The notes: generated by a model from the sequence alone, not told the origin. A DNA stretch of 64,000 bases from Glaucostegus cemiculus (GCA_976551045.1 CDPCPM010000010.1:37386001-37450000), one strand, 5' to 3'. Shown: positions 23,117-36,261, counted from the first letter of the stretch. Translations and numbers: made by a program.

Positions 23117-25591
23117 TTAATATCTCCTCACCTCGGGCATACTGTATTTTTCAGAATTCACCATTTCAGTATTTTCTTTCCCGAGAGGTTCGTTCAGCAC
23201 AGAATTCTTGTCTGCAGAAGTTCTACACCTGCTGGGCACGATGAAATCTATCTTGGTAGACTGCAGTGTTGAACATGATTCGTAACGGAATCTTTGGGAG
23301 AGAGGGTCACCCCCAAACACTTCAACATAGTTTGGTGGTATCTGAAGGCTTTTACTGGCCTTCTGGATTCCATTCAAAGAATGTCTTGTGCCAAGACAAC
23401 AACAAATATCCAGGGAATGGTGCGGGTGCAGCATACCATTTCTGTTTCTGTGAAGATTAACGGCGAGAATGATTAAAATAATGAGAAAAATGCTAGATGT
23501 TATTCCCAAGGCTATAACCAAGGCAAGACTGAGTTCAGGAGCGATCCTCGGATCTGAGGGCAAATTGCTGACGCTGGAGAAGGTTTCACTGTCAGTCCCA
23601 ACCACAGATAATACTATAGACACAGTGGCAGAGAGTGATGGAATTCCATTATCTTTTACCACAACTACCAGCCTTTGATTAGAGGCATCTTTGTTCAAAA
23701 TTCGACGTATGGTCCATATTTCGCCAGTGTCTGCGGAAATAGTAAAGAGATCATGATGGGTTGCCTGAAAAATCTGATAAGATAGTCGAGCATTCTGACC
23801 AGAGTCGGAATCAGTGGCCGATACCTTGACAACCAAGGAACCTGGTTCTGTGAACCTGGATATTGTTTCTATTGCTGTTGATCCATATTCGGGTAAAGGG
23901 TGTGTAATCACTGGGGCATTATCATTCTGATCAAGGATAACAACATTCACTGACGCATTACTGCTGAGCACTGGAGCACCAGAATCCCAGACTTGAATTT
24001 GAACCTGAAAGGCTTTCAATTGCTCATAGTCAAAATTTCTCTCAGCAGAGATGACACCAGTCGCTGAATTAATTGAGACGAACGAGGCCAAAGAGGAATT
24101 CTGAACCTGAGACTCCAGGATAGAAAAGTTCAGTCGCGCATTTTCTCCAGCATCTGGATCGAAGGCAGACACCGAAAATATGGAAGCCCCAATGGCAGTG
24201 TTTTCCATAACATTTGCCGTATATAGCGGGCAAGAAAACTTTGGGGTGTTGTCATTTATATCTGAAACCTGTACCCGGATGGTTTTCTTGGAAGTGAGGG
24301 GAGGCTCTCCTGCATCCGTGCATATTACAGTAATATCATACTTGGGTGTGTTTTCACGATCCAACTGATGCTGTACAAGTATTCTGTAATAGTTCTTTAT
24401 GGAGGAATCCAGTTTAAAAGGTAACCGATTTGAAATTTGACAATGTATCTGACCATTTTGCCCGGAATCTCTGTCTTCTGCACTGAACAGAGCTACGACA
24501 GTTCCAAGTGGAGCGTCCTCGGAAACTGCAGTTGACGAAGACCGTAAAGAAACCTTCGGCGCGTTATCATTTACATCGACAACTTGAACCAATACATCAC
24601 AGTACTCGGGTATAGCGCCAGAACCCTTATCCATTGCCTGTATGTTAATCTCAAAAGCACGGATTTTTTCGTAGTCCAAATTCCCATTGAGTCTTATTTC
24701 ACCTGTTTTGGAGTTCAGATGAAAGTTTTCCCGAGAAGCTGCTGAAATGTGGCTACGGAAGGAATACATTATCTCTCCATTGGGGCCATCGTCCAGGTCA
24801 GTGGCGTTCAATGTGATGATCAGGGTCCCTTTAGGTGCAGACTCCAACAGACTGACCCTGTAAACCGACTGAGAGAAAACAGGCGCGTTGTCGTTTACAT
24901 CCTTCACTATGACTATAATCTGAACCGTTCCCAATCTCCGAGGCAGACCGCCGTCCTTGGCTGTTAACGTTAAATTGTGGGTTGATATCACTTCTCTGTC
25001 CAACAGCTTTTGTAACAACAATACTGGCCTTTTCCCCTTCCCACTACGCATTTGTACCTCCAGAGTAAAATAATCGTTTGGTTGTAGCTGGTAGGTTTGC
25101 AAGGCGTTAGTGCCAATGTCCGGATCGTGTGCGGGTTCAAGAGGAAATCGCATTCCTGGTGCTGCAAACTCTAAGATTTCAAGGCGAAACTGGCTTTTTG
25201 GAAAAATGGGGGCATTGTCATTTACATCGAGAATCTCCACTTCCACCTGGTACAGACTCAGCGGGTTTTCAAACACAACATCAAACGATAAGCGGCAATC
25301 GAGGTTCGACCCACAAAGCGGTTCTCTGTCGATTATTTCTTTCACAAATAAAATCCCATTATCCAAATTTATGTCAAAATACTGTTTTCCAGGACCGGGC
25401 CCCATCCGCAAACTGCGAGTCGACAGCTGATTTACATCTAAACCTAAATCGGCTGCGATTTTCCCAACAAAGGCTCCCAGTTGTAGTTCTTCAGGAACAG
25501 AATAACGAATCTGCCCAGACACAGTACCCCACAAGGAGAACACACAGCACAACAATTGGCATTTTAGCAACCAATATATTTTATATTTCAT
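23117..25591 (-). CDS. Clustered protocadherin variable exon B3 (824-aa ORF; spliced exon ends at 23132)
   Basis: Intact ORF with signal peptide, EC1-EC6, TM and cytoplasmic tail. Donor GAG|GTGAGG at 23132/23131. Confidence 0.95.
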   Translation of the reverse strand: MKYKIYWLLKCQLLCCVFSLWGTVSGQIRYSVPEELQLGAFVGKIAADLGLDVNQLSTRSLRMGPGPGKQYFDINLDNGILFVKEIIDREPLCGSNLDCRLSFDVVFENPLSLYQVEVEILDVNDNAPIFPKSQFRLEILEFAAPGMRFPLEPAHDPDIGTNALQTYQLQPNDYFTLEVQMRSGKGKRPVLLLQKLLDREVISTHNLTLTAKDGGLPRRLGTVQIIVIVKDVNDNAPVFSQSVYRVSLLESAPKGTLIITLNATDLDDGPNGEIMYSFRSHISAASRENFHLNSKTGEIRLNGNLDYEKIRAFEINIQAMDKGSGAIPEYCDVLVQVVDVNDNAPKVSLRSSSTAVSEDAPLGTVVALFSAEDRDSGQNGQIHCQISNRLPFKLDSSIKNYYRILVQHQLDRENTPKYDITVICTDAGEPPLTSKKTIRVQVSDINDNTPKFSCPLYTANVMENTAIGASIFSVSAFDPDAGENARLNFSILESQVQNSSLASFVSINSATGVISAERNFDYEQLKAFQVQIQVWDSGAPVLSSNASVNVVILDQNDNAPVITHPLPEYGSTAIETISRFTEPGSLVVKVSATDSDSGQNARLSYQIFQATHHDLFTISADTGEIWTIRRILNKDASNQRLVVVVKDNGIPSLSATVSIVLSVVGTDSETFSSVSNLPSDPRIAPELSLALVIALGITSSIFLIILIILAVNLHRNRNGMLHPHHSLDICCCLGTRHSLNGIQKASKSLQIPPNYVEVFGGDPLSQRFRYESCSTLQSTKIDFIVPSRCRTSADKNSVLNEPLGKENTEMVNSEKYSMPEVRRY

Positions 25592-25777
25592 TGCCAGTAG
25601 AAGTCATTCCAACGGTGTCAGGCCCTGACTGTATTCTTCATTGTTCTTTTAATAGCCAGTCGACGTTAATTATAACAAAGAGCGATACAGAAAATACTTA
25701 TACCTTTTGCGAATCTCGAAATATTTCATTCTTCTGCTCGTATTTTGCCTACAGTTGCGAGAGAATTCCTGCAAAAA

Positions 25778-25945
25778 TCCCACGGAGCTGCTGGCTATCC
25801 AGCTTTCACTGTGTCTGATCTGACGTGAGATGGTTGCTGTGTCGTGAAGGGGGCTGGTCAGATCACTAATCACAGCTCAGCTCCTGATTGGTGGAGAAGC
25901 TTATTGATATTCGACCAATCAGGATTCTGCTCGTTTCTTAAAGCT
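25778..25945 (-). promoter_or_regulatory. B-type cPcdh promoter module (B3)
   Basis: TGACGT (25821); TGAAGGGGGCTG (25845-25856); TCCTGATTGG (25882-25891)/CCAATCAGGA (25915-25924); TTTCTTAAAGC. Confidence 0.8.
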
Positions 25946-28214
25946 AGAAGTACCTAAAGTTGCGCCGAATTGCTGGATTTATTGTTGTACAATTAAAATT
26001 TATTTCAGTCTGTGGATATTTCTTTTCCATTAGTGGTTTGCCAATCTGAGTTTTCGGAGTCTACATACGAATTAATATTTCAAAGACTAAGTATGAATAA
26101 ACTTTCCATGATGGGAAAAGGTGAATATAAGCAACATATTGGACTAAAGGAACCCATGCTAGATATGACACACGCACATTATTCTTTCTTGAATTCCCAA
26201 TCATCATGAGCTCTTGATTGTGGGTCTAGAAAACAAAATGACCTCTGTGGATCCAAGGAGAAATTATCAGTTGATTTTTTTCTGAGACGACCTAGCTTTC
26301 GAGTAGTTACTCCCTGGATCCTTTAATGAAATCAACAAATTCCAATGTGGAAATATGAAGTGCTGTAACTCTGAAAGAAAGACAGAAAATGCTAGAAGAA
26401 TCCCGTCGGTTTGGCAGCGACTAAGGGAAGAGAAATGTACCACTTTAAAGAACCTGTTGAAAACAATAACATTCGAATGCACAACATGAATTTGCAGAAT
26501 ATCACTGCGTTCTCTCATGACTTGAAAAAGAAAGTACCTTCATGTACTGAATTTAAAGTTTTCATTAACACCCGAATCTTCACTGTGACCAGTGATTTCT
26601 GCTTACTATATATGGCTTAAGCTGAAATTATCTGTTCGTGATGAAAGCTATGTTAATTTACTTATCTATTAAAACCATATTTATTTAAGTATTTAGTATT
26701 TATCAGTGGTTTTATGAGATGACGTCATTCCAAATCGTTGCATCTTAACTATTTTCTGCAAACTTACAGCAATGGTGGATTATTTTTTGTCAATTGTCAA
26801 GATTCACTGACGGTTTAGTTCTGCAGTCAATTTGTCTGGCGAATGCTGCGTGGTGCAGTGATCATAGGCATGAGCTAAACAGCATGGGACTTATCGTATG
26901 AATTGATCAAGTAATATTCGGTGGTTACCTTCATGCAGAGAACCGGATATATGAATGCCTGTTTCAATTTCAGCTTCCAGTGAATTCAAGATGGTCTGTT
27001 TCGGTAAGGAAGGCAAATACTATTTTATTTTAAAACGGGTGATAATGAGTGTGGTAAGTGAGCAAGTTCTGAAAGTAATGACAGGTTGAATCCTGCTGAA
27101 ACAAGTCCTTGACATTCATGGTCTTAGTGCTCCTCTATTTAGGTCTAGATACCGAAATCTTTCTGCTTATCTGAAGTAACTCGGATGACACTGCTCAAGA
27201 GACTCCCCTGAAGGTTTTGATGGCGGGTAAAACTTTACCATCCGTTATATTTCCCAGGCTTTTTTATGGCTGTTGGATGGCTTTGAAATTTAGTAGCATT
27301 CAAAAACAACTTAAAATGAAGTGTTTATTTTTAAGACCGAACCTTCTTCAAAAGTAATAGGAAATTGGCCAACATACTCAAATAATAAAAATTTAACCGC
27401 AGCATTGAACTAATTTTAAAACGCAAGTCTTGCTTTATATGCACAATCCATTGAAATATATGCGATCTCAGATCCGATGTCATGTCTAACCACACTTCTT
27501 CAGGAACTTCACCAGCCCTTGTAAATGAAGATAACTCTAATGATGACTTACCGTTAACACATGTACAGAATTCCACTGCAGCAATCAGTGCCTACATGCA
27601 GTAAGTCCAGGACCAATGTTTTGCAAGTATTCAATAATAAATGGCATTTCTATCATGACAACTACTCTGTATTGACCCTCACCTAAAGCAAAAAGATATG
27701 CACGTCCCCTTGCATTCAATCACATGACATACAGTTACATTCTGAATTTCAGTACTGATCAAGAACTTAACCAAGCCATCTGGACACATATATGCAAAAC
27801 AATAGAGGGAATCGTTGCAATGGCAGTCTCACTTCACGCTTTCCCACAACTTTTTCACCACCTGCAAAATACGTCCCGGGTTGTGAATGGTCGACATCAA
27901 AAACATTTACAAAGTATCACGCTATCAAAACAAAGCTTCCTGTTTTACTCTGTATATCTAAAATATTCATTCTTTCCTCCAAAGAATGCAGCAAATCCCT
28001 CCCGCTGATTCAAGAGATCCCTCTAAATCTTTGCGAAAGTAACCTGGGTGGATCACCACAGTAGATGGATAACATCATAGCGTGATCAAATATTACATCC
28101 AGCCAGAGTATTCTGACGGGAAATATATCATCGTCTCATAATAATCACTGGCACTATCCCAGAATGTGTGCATAAGCGAACTGTCACTAGATTGACTACG
28201 GTTATTCAAGGTGT

Positions 28215-28980
28215 TCATAGAGACACAGCGCACGGAAATAGGCTCTTTCGCCCTCTGCGTCCATGTCGTCCATCAATGATTCATCCACACTAATTCGAAT
28301 TGCAAGAAGTTGTTCAGTATTATTCTTTGCTTTTGCAATTCAAGTTCTCACCTTGAAATTTATGAAATGTTATTAGATACCCATTTGCACCACCTAATCG
28401 AACAGTGCATTCCAAATACCTATCATCCTCTAGCTGAAAGAATTCTTCCTCAAATTCCCTCTATACTTCTTCGCCATTTCTACAAACTTATATCTTTGAA
28501 TGTTCTGTTATTTTGAAAACGTTTCACCATCTACCCTGTCTATGCTCCCCTTAATTGTGTAGAGCTAAATCTTCCCCCTCAAGCTCTTCCATTCCTAGGA
28601 AAATGCTACCAGACTCTCTAGTCACTAGTGAAACTCTCCGTCCCAGCCCACATTGTGGTGAAATTGCTCTCCACTCTCTCCCGTCGGATAAAGCTTTATT
28701 ATATGGTGACCAGAACTGTATCCAGCGCTTGAATTGTGGCCGAGCCAATGCCTCCATGCTCTAATGTAATATCCCCTGGCAAAGGAAGCCGGGTATCCCG
28801 TATGGCTTCTTCAGCACTGTGCTGCCAACTTGAAGAATGCTTCGACGTATGCCAAGGTCCGCATGTTCCACAAAACTCCCAAGGACACTTATAATTTATT
28901 GTATGCCCTAGTTTACTTGTTCCATCACAGTGCATCTCCTTGCACCTATCAGGAGTAAATTATATCTGCCCTTGCTTTGC
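28215..28980 (-). mobile_element. Old CR1-type LINE remnant (paralog of 9.1-10.2 kb, without the SINE)
   Basis: Antisense remnant translates to CR1-like 'ALARPQFKRWIQFWSPY' and is collinear with 9075-10230. Confidence 0.6.
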
Positions 28981-29889
28981 TTCATTAATGCCTTCTTAAG
29001 AGAAAACACGGATGAAACATAAATTATATCTTATTTGGCGACACTTCTACGGTTGATTAATAACAAATCATACGACAGTATCTGAATTGGAATTGCATTA
29101 TGCTGATCGCAGTTCTGCGTTGTTCACGTCCATTGATAGTTTAAGTGCGAAGGCATTGAACAAGGTTCCAATTAACATTTCTTACGCGCTGGTGGAGAGA
29201 GTAACGGTGTTACCGTTTCAGATTGATCACTTTCCATCCACTTCCGATGTAATTTCATCGACCTGAAACGTTAACTCTTGTTTCTCTCTCCGTGCATGCT
29301 GCCTGTTTTCCAATATTCTCTATTATATTTCAGCTTTCACGCATCTGCATGCTCTTCTTTGCTTTTGGAACACAAACAGAATTGATCAATCTGGGATGAC
29401 CCCATAAAGCAACACTTTACAATAATGAATGGGGAAGACTGCACAGAAAACATGACTGACAATTAATCAAGGAATTACGTTAATTATACTGCCTTCAAAG
29501 GAAGTATTCATAGTGTCTGCAACTTGCTTATAAAGTGGTATGCTCGTAAATTATCACAAAGTAGATAAAAAGTATATTGCAGAAACTGTGCACTCGTTTT
29601 AACACGAATCAGTATTTCACTAAATTCCAAATGCCTCAGAAAGCCACAAGCGAAACATGGTGGGCATCCAGGACACTTGGTAAAGTTAGAGTATCAATGC
29701 CTTGCAGTTACATAAAATTGCAAAGAACGGAACAATTAAACATAAACCTATAAAGCAGTTAGGCACGTTGATTGGAAGCAGTGTGCACACTGAAATTGTG
29801 CCTGTAATATTAAATTAATCCTAGCAAAAAAATTACAATGATCCGAAATCATCAAATGCATGTAAAAATATTTGACGATTTCATTTGAT

Positions 29890-32364
29890 TCAGGAGCACC
29901 TCACCTCGGTATTTATATTGCAAATGGATTCTTCTGGCTTTATCAGTCCTGGAGTTTCATTCACAACAGGATTTTTCTGGACATAATGCATTGCTGCCGA
30001 TAGGCCACACGTCTGAGGGGTCGTCAGGTCTCTCTTCACGGACCGTAATGTTGAACACGACCCGTAACGGAATTTCTGAGAAAGTGGATCACCTCCGAAT
30101 ACCTCAACATAGTTCGGTGGTATTTGAAGACTTCTGCTGGCCTTTTGAATTCCATTTAGAGAATGTCTTGATTCCAAACAACAACAGATATTCTGAGAAC
30201 CGTATTGGCATCCCACACCATTTCTGTTTTTATGTACCTTAACAGCGAGGATAATTAAAACCACGAGGAAAATGACAGACGTTGTCCCTAAAGCTATGAC
30301 CAAGGGAAAACTCATATCGGGTGTGAAATCTTCTTTAGATAAACCGGTGGCACTGGAGATCGTGTCACTCCCTTTCACAGATAATTCTATGGTCACAGTT
30401 GCAGAAAGAGATGGCGTTCCATTATCTGTTACAATAATCACTAACCTTTGTATGTAAGCATCCTTGTTCTCAATACGACGGATGGTCCATATTTCCCCCG
30501 TATCTGCTGAAATAGTGAATAGATCTCGATGCGTAGCCTGAAAAATGTGATAGGACAGCTGGGCATTTAGACCAGCGTCGGCGTCAGTAGCTGATACCTT
30601 GACAACCAGGTATCCAGGTTCTGCAAACCTGGATATTGTCTCCATTGCTGTTGATCCATATTGTGGCAAAGGATTCACGATCACTGGGGCGTTATCGTTC
30701 TGATCAAGGATAACAATATCTACAGAACCGTTACTGGTGAGAGGTGGGAGCCCAGAATCCTGTACCCGAACGTAAACCTTAAACCCTTTCAGTTTCTCGT
30801 AGTCAAAAGATGTCTGAGCAGATATGACTCCAGTCTGTGTGTTGATGGAGATATACGAGGCGATGGAGGAATCCTGAACCTGAGATGGCAGGATAGAAAA
30901 GTTCATTCGGGCGTTTTGTCCTTTATCCGGGTCAAAAGCAGTCAAGGAGTATATGGAAGCCCCAATGACGTTGTTCTCCATGACGCGCACCGTATGTACC
31001 GCCTGCGTAAACCTCGGTGCGTTGTCATTTACATCTGTAACATCTACACGAATTGTTTCTGTTGATGTAAGACTGGGGTACCCTACATCCGTGCATATTA
31101 TGGCAATGTCATACCTGGAGGTAGTTTCGCGATCCAGTGGATGCTGTGTAAGCAGTCTGTAAAATCTTTCCATCGAGGAGTCGAGTATGAACGGCACGTT
31201 AGTTGAAATTTGACATTGCACTTGTCCATTTTGTGCAGAATCTTTATCTTCTACGCTGAACAGTGCTACAGCCGTTCCAATTGAGGCATCCTCTGACACT
31301 GTGCTTGAAGGAGACGTCAACGTCACGTAAGGAGCATTGTCATTCACATCGATTACATCCACCAATACATCACTGTGCTGGGGCATTGCGTAAGGACCAT
31401 TATCGATTGCTTGTACATTAATCTCAAAAAAATTGCATTGTTCATAGTCTAAATGCCCTTTCAGTCTGATTTCACCAGTTTTGGAATCGATGCGAAATAC
31501 TTCAGGAACAGTTTCAGAACTATGGCTACTGATCGAGTACGTTATGTCTCCATTGGGTCCATCGTCCAAGTCAGTGGCGTTTAATGTAATGATCAGTGAT
31601 CCTAAGTGAGCTGATTCCAATAAACTTACCCTATAAACGGACTTGGAAAAAACAGGAACGTTGTCATTCGCATCCTGCACTGTGATTGTTACCTGAACCT
31701 TGCCCGATCTCGCAGGGGCTCCGCCGTCTTCGGCAAGCAGCGTTAACTCGTGGCTTGATATTGTTTCTCTGTCCAAAGAGCTCTGCAGCACCAACACCGG
31801 TAACTTTCCTTTCCCGCTGCGTTCTTGTACATCAAGAATAAAATACTGATTGGGAATGAGCTGGTATGTTTGCAAGGAGTTTGTTCCAATGTCCGGATCG
31901 CGTGCGGCCTCGAGGGGGAATCGCGCTCCCGGTGCAATAATCTCGGAGATTTCCAGGCGGATCTGGCTTTGGGGAAAACTGGGAGCGTTGTCATTTACAT
32001 CGAGAATCTCCACTTCCACCTGGTGCAGACTGAGGGGATTTTCGAGCACAACGCTCAAGGATAAAACACAATCGTTGCTCGGCCCGCAAAGTTCTTCCCT
32101 GTCGATTCTTTCATTCACAAATAAAATCCCATTCTCCAAATTTACGTCAAGATACCGCTTCCTCGGACTGGGCGCCACCCGTAAACTGCGAGCCGACAGC
32201 TCATTTAAATCTAACCCCAAATCAATGGCGATATTCCCAACAAAGGCGCCTCGTTGCAATTCCTCGGGAACAGAATATCGAATCTGTCCAGAAACAAGAT
32301 TCCAGCGGGCGAAAAAACAGCAAATCAGTTGGTATTTCAGCAGCCAATATATGGTATATCTCAT
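29890..32364 (-). CDS. Clustered protocadherin variable exon A4 (824-aa ORF; spliced exon ends at 29905)
   Basis: Intact ORF with six cadherin repeats, TM and cytoplasmic tail; closest paralog of A2. Donor GAG|GTGAGG at 29905/29904. Confidence 0.95.
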   Translation of the reverse strand: MRYTIYWLLKYQLICCFFARWNLVSGQIRYSVPEELQRGAFVGNIAIDLGLDLNELSARSLRVAPSPRKRYLDVNLENGILFVNERIDREELCGPSNDCVLSLSVVLENPLSLHQVEVEILDVNDNAPSFPQSQIRLEISEIIAPGARFPLEAARDPDIGTNSLQTYQLIPNQYFILDVQERSGKGKLPVLVLQSSLDRETISSHELTLLAEDGGAPARSGKVQVTITVQDANDNVPVFSKSVYRVSLLESAHLGSLIITLNATDLDDGPNGDITYSISSHSSETVPEVFRIDSKTGEIRLKGHLDYEQCNFFEINVQAIDNGPYAMPQHSDVLVDVIDVNDNAPYVTLTSPSSTVSEDASIGTAVALFSVEDKDSAQNGQVQCQISTNVPFILDSSMERFYRLLTQHPLDRETTSRYDIAIICTDVGYPSLTSTETIRVDVTDVNDNAPRFTQAVHTVRVMENNVIGASIYSLTAFDPDKGQNARMNFSILPSQVQDSSIASYISINTQTGVISAQTSFDYEKLKGFKVYVRVQDSGLPPLTSNGSVDIVILDQNDNAPVIVNPLPQYGSTAMETISRFAEPGYLVVKVSATDADAGLNAQLSYHIFQATHRDLFTISADTGEIWTIRRIENKDAYIQRLVIIVTDNGTPSLSATVTIELSVKGSDTISSATGLSKEDFTPDMSFPLVIALGTTSVIFLVVLIILAVKVHKNRNGVGCQYGSQNICCCLESRHSLNGIQKASRSLQIPPNYVEVFGGDPLSQKFRYGSCSTLRSVKRDLTTPQTCGLSAAMHYVQKNPVVNETPGLIKPEESICNINTEVRCS

Positions 32365-32534
32365 TTCCAGGAGAAATCATTCCATTGGTTTCAACCCGAG
32401 ACAAAGCCTTTTAACAGCGGTTGAATTTAAATGGGTCAGATACGTCTTAGAAAATGACTGTACCTTGTGAAGTACTGGAATGTGTTCAGTTAAATGCTGT
32501 CATGTTGCTGCAATTCGAAGTGAATCGTGCACAA

Positions 32535-32705
32535 ATCCTCCGGAGCTGCTGGCTATGAAGCTTTCAGGGCGTCTGATCTTACGCGAAGGCGGCTGGGTAT
32601 TGAAGGGGGCTGTGCAGATCACCAGTCACATCGCAGTTTCTGATTGGTAGACAACGTAAAAATCGTATCTGACCAATCAGAGTACACCTCATTTCTTAAA
32701 GCAAA
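32535..32705 (-). promoter_or_regulatory. A-type cPcdh promoter module (A4)
   Basis: TGAAGGGGGCTG (32601-32612); CTGATTGG (32640-32647)/CCAATCAG (32673-32680); TTTCTTAAAGC. Confidence 0.8.
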
Positions 32706-35700
32706 GCTGCACAATTTGGTGCAGAGTTGGTTCCATTTCCTGCTGCACAATTGAAATTTCTTTCAGAAGTTTGAATTTTTCAAATTCTTGCAAAATGTTC
32801 GTTCTCTACCCGAATTTTCAGGAATAACCGTATTGAAAATTTTAAAAGTATCTGAAGCAAGGTAACTGAGCATGATAACAATCCAATAACTTTTATCATC
32901 TATAAATAATTTTTCCATAATTTTAAAATACTGACCACCAATTAATTACCACTTTCATAATAATGTTGATGCATCCCGGGCATCAAAAAGAACAAAAATA
33001 ATACATTTAATTGTTTCATCAAAACGAAGAACTGGTTTCTTCATCATGCTCAAGGTGACTTTTTCTCATCATAATCATGGTGATTTCTTTTCAATTCTGA
33101 AGCGTGATTACTGTTGCGTTTTATTTTAAATCTCATAGTGTCCGCATATTGTGCATTAATTAAACTTTATCCATAGTTTCCGATATTTGACGAGCCTATG
33201 CACTTCGCCATCTTCTTTACTAAAGAGAAACCTAACGTGGCTTTCTTCGCATAAGATAATCAGTTCTTACTTACGTTACAGTTTGAATATTCGACCAGTC
33301 CTGATGCAGCGTTTCAAATGGAAACTCCACAATTCCCATCTCCCCCACGGTTGCTGCTGGACAAATATTCTGACCAATTTCAAAATGTTTCCATATGTTT
33401 TTGAGTTCGTCAGCAGATTGCTTGTTGCTTTTTATTAGATAATGTTAACTCATTCTGTCATCCGGAATTACCATCCACGCTCTCCATACCCCAGCAGTTA
33501 TCATGTTCGGAGATGGTTTCTTTTCTATCTTGTCTACGTAGTTTCCACTTGTATTGTCTATGGGATGGTCTCTGAATGCTGTTGTGTTTAATGCTTCCAA
33601 CAATGAGAATTATATCAACGCATTAATACTAAGCAAATAATTTATCCCATCTGATATTTTCTTTTGCTTAAAGCAGAATAATGGAAACATCTAAAACACA
33701 TAACTAATTAAGAACATTAAAGGTGAACAAATCCTAAACAGTAAAGCGAATTGGCTAATCATCGGAGTGGATTTCTGTGTTACTCAGTAAGATATAGCTC
33801 GGTCTTTGGACTAAATGTGGAATCCAGCCGCATTGGAATTGACATTGATCTGAATATACCAGTAAGATTGAATGAACCTTATGCATTTGAAAACATGCTG
33901 AAAATCCAGGACATACTTTATCCCACTGTTCTTTTCGTGTCCACGGCAACTTCTCGGGGAATCCCACAAAACTATGTTTATAAGATGCAGACTATTTCTA
34001 AAAGTTACTTTGGAAATCTGTAAACCTCCTCTGTCATTAGTAACAGTATTAATATACCAAAGGCTTTGGGTCTCATTTCCTTCAGGCTATCATTCTGAAG
34101 ACGTCTGCAATATGAGATAGTCTTCTGCACCAGAAGCTTTAGTGGATATACAGCACCAGTCTTTATACGATAGTATGTAGCACTACTCCGATATATAATA
34201 TTCATAGAAAGTGAGAAATCCAAATCCAATCAACTATTCTCATAACAGGCTTTTCTCAGTCATCCATATAGGGATGGAAGCTATTGTAAAGATGCCACCA
34301 AGAGACTAATTACAAATATACACAGTTGGTTCCATCAGGACACGCAGTTCCAGCAATACGGCAGTTGTTTACCCAAAAACAATAATGAGAGTGATGCCCT
34401 TGACTTCATAGTAGTGCATGAATGTACGTGACATCAAAGAGCCCCAGGCAAAACCAGAAGGGAAACTTTCCACTAGTTAGAAGTGCAGCTCATACAGAAG
34501 TTTAATTTTAACCATTTAGTTTAATTGGACGAACACGACATTGCTGGTTCCTCTCTAATTAATGTGCCAATGTGACATGGGGCTAAACCACCATTTTTTC
34601 ATTGTCACTGCATCTGTAGCCTGACATTTCAAGCAGGCTGCAGACAAGCAGGAGAGCCATGGTTGAAAAGTCTCCCCAGAAATCTCTTGGACAATTCGGA
34701 ATGCGTCTGATCTGTGACATTCATTTCAAAGAAACAAAATGTTTACAAAGAAGGATACAATTCATGGTTAAAGACTGTTAACGTACAAACCAAGAAATCA
34801 TAACTGAATATATCCTCGGAACAGTGCCTAGCTCTATCGAGCTCAGATGCTGGTACATTTTTATGAGTCAGAGATTTTCGTTTGAGCGCATATTGCTGAT
34901 TTGCATTCAATATTCCTCATATAATGAAAGAGTCTGCGGCCACGTGTACTAAGTCCAAGACAATATTTAGGTATTGACTATGTAGTGACTTAGCATTCAT
35001 CTGTTACACAAATGTTGTACTGTAGCCATCTCCAGCAACAGGAGATTAGCCATTTATACTCGAATTAACTTACATTACCATCATTGAATTCTCATCCTAT
35101 TAACGTTGGTTGCATGTTTTAAGATAAAAAATTGAACTATGTATATCTATGCTGCATTTGTGACATGAAACCAAATGTTGGGTTCCCCGTTGTCCTTGTC
35201 TCCTTGACGGAATAAATCAGCATTTTTCCCGAAACCTTTTCCAGTTGTCTGCATTTGTCACTCTGGAACCACTCAGATATCTCCGCAGGTTGAGCAGGGC
35301 ATAAGATACCAGAAAAGCATTAAGTCCACCACAGAATGCACCGGGACAACTCATAGATACTTTTCAAAAAATTCTGCCAGTTCTCTCCAAACAATGAGTA
35401 GAGGGTAAAATGTTCCTGGCAGCATGACAAATCCCTTGTGGCATTAAGTGTCACCACTTACCACAAACAAGAACTCGCTATATAGACACTTTGGGTGTAA
35501 TGTGAAATCAGAGGCCGCGTTTCTGTGAATATTTCAGGTTTTCTATATTTACAACATAGAAAGAACATCGAACTGTACAGCAATCATGTCTGTGATTGCC
35601 AACCACAATGAAGATTGAATAATCCCATTTGCCTGCAGGTGGTCTGTATCCTTCTATATCCTGCCTGTTCATGTGTCTGTCTCAATGTCTCTTAAACGTT

Positions 35701-36261
35701 GCTATCATGTCCAGTCCCACTACTTCCTCTTACATTGCGTTCTATGTTAAAAAACAATCTTGTTTCAGAAATCTTCTACGAACCCTTCCCCTCTCACCTG
35801 AAACCAATGCCCTCTGGTATTTCATAATTCCCTCTGGGAACAAGGCTCTGACTATCCACCCTATACATGCATTTCACAATTTTATATATTTCTATCTGGT
35901 CGCCCCTCAGCCTTCGACGCGCCAGGGAAAACAATCCAAGTTTGTTGAAACTCTCTTATAGCTCATTCACTTTAATCCAGGCAACATTCTTCCTCGCTAT
36001 CCATAAATTCACTAATTATCATGTCATCTGTAAACTTAAGAATCAGACCAAATACCTTATAATCCAGATGACAGAAAGCATAGGGTTGATCCTTAGAGAG
36101 CTGTTCAAAGACATACAGTCGAAAAGAAAACTGACTACCACTGCTGCCCTCTGTCTTCTATAACCAAGACAATGTTGGATCCAATTTCCCCAAATCACAG
36201 TGGATTCCATGTGACTTATTATTCTGGACCTATCATGATGGGCGTTATCAAATGATTGACT

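Noticed and set aside
25110-25818. Recurrent plus-strand ORFs antisense to the protocadherin exons (e.g. 25129-25818, 31850-32470, 60204-60893, 5954-6349)
   Set aside because: They are shadow frames of conserved coding sequence. They recur because the genes are paralogous, vary in length and start, and show no independent protein features.
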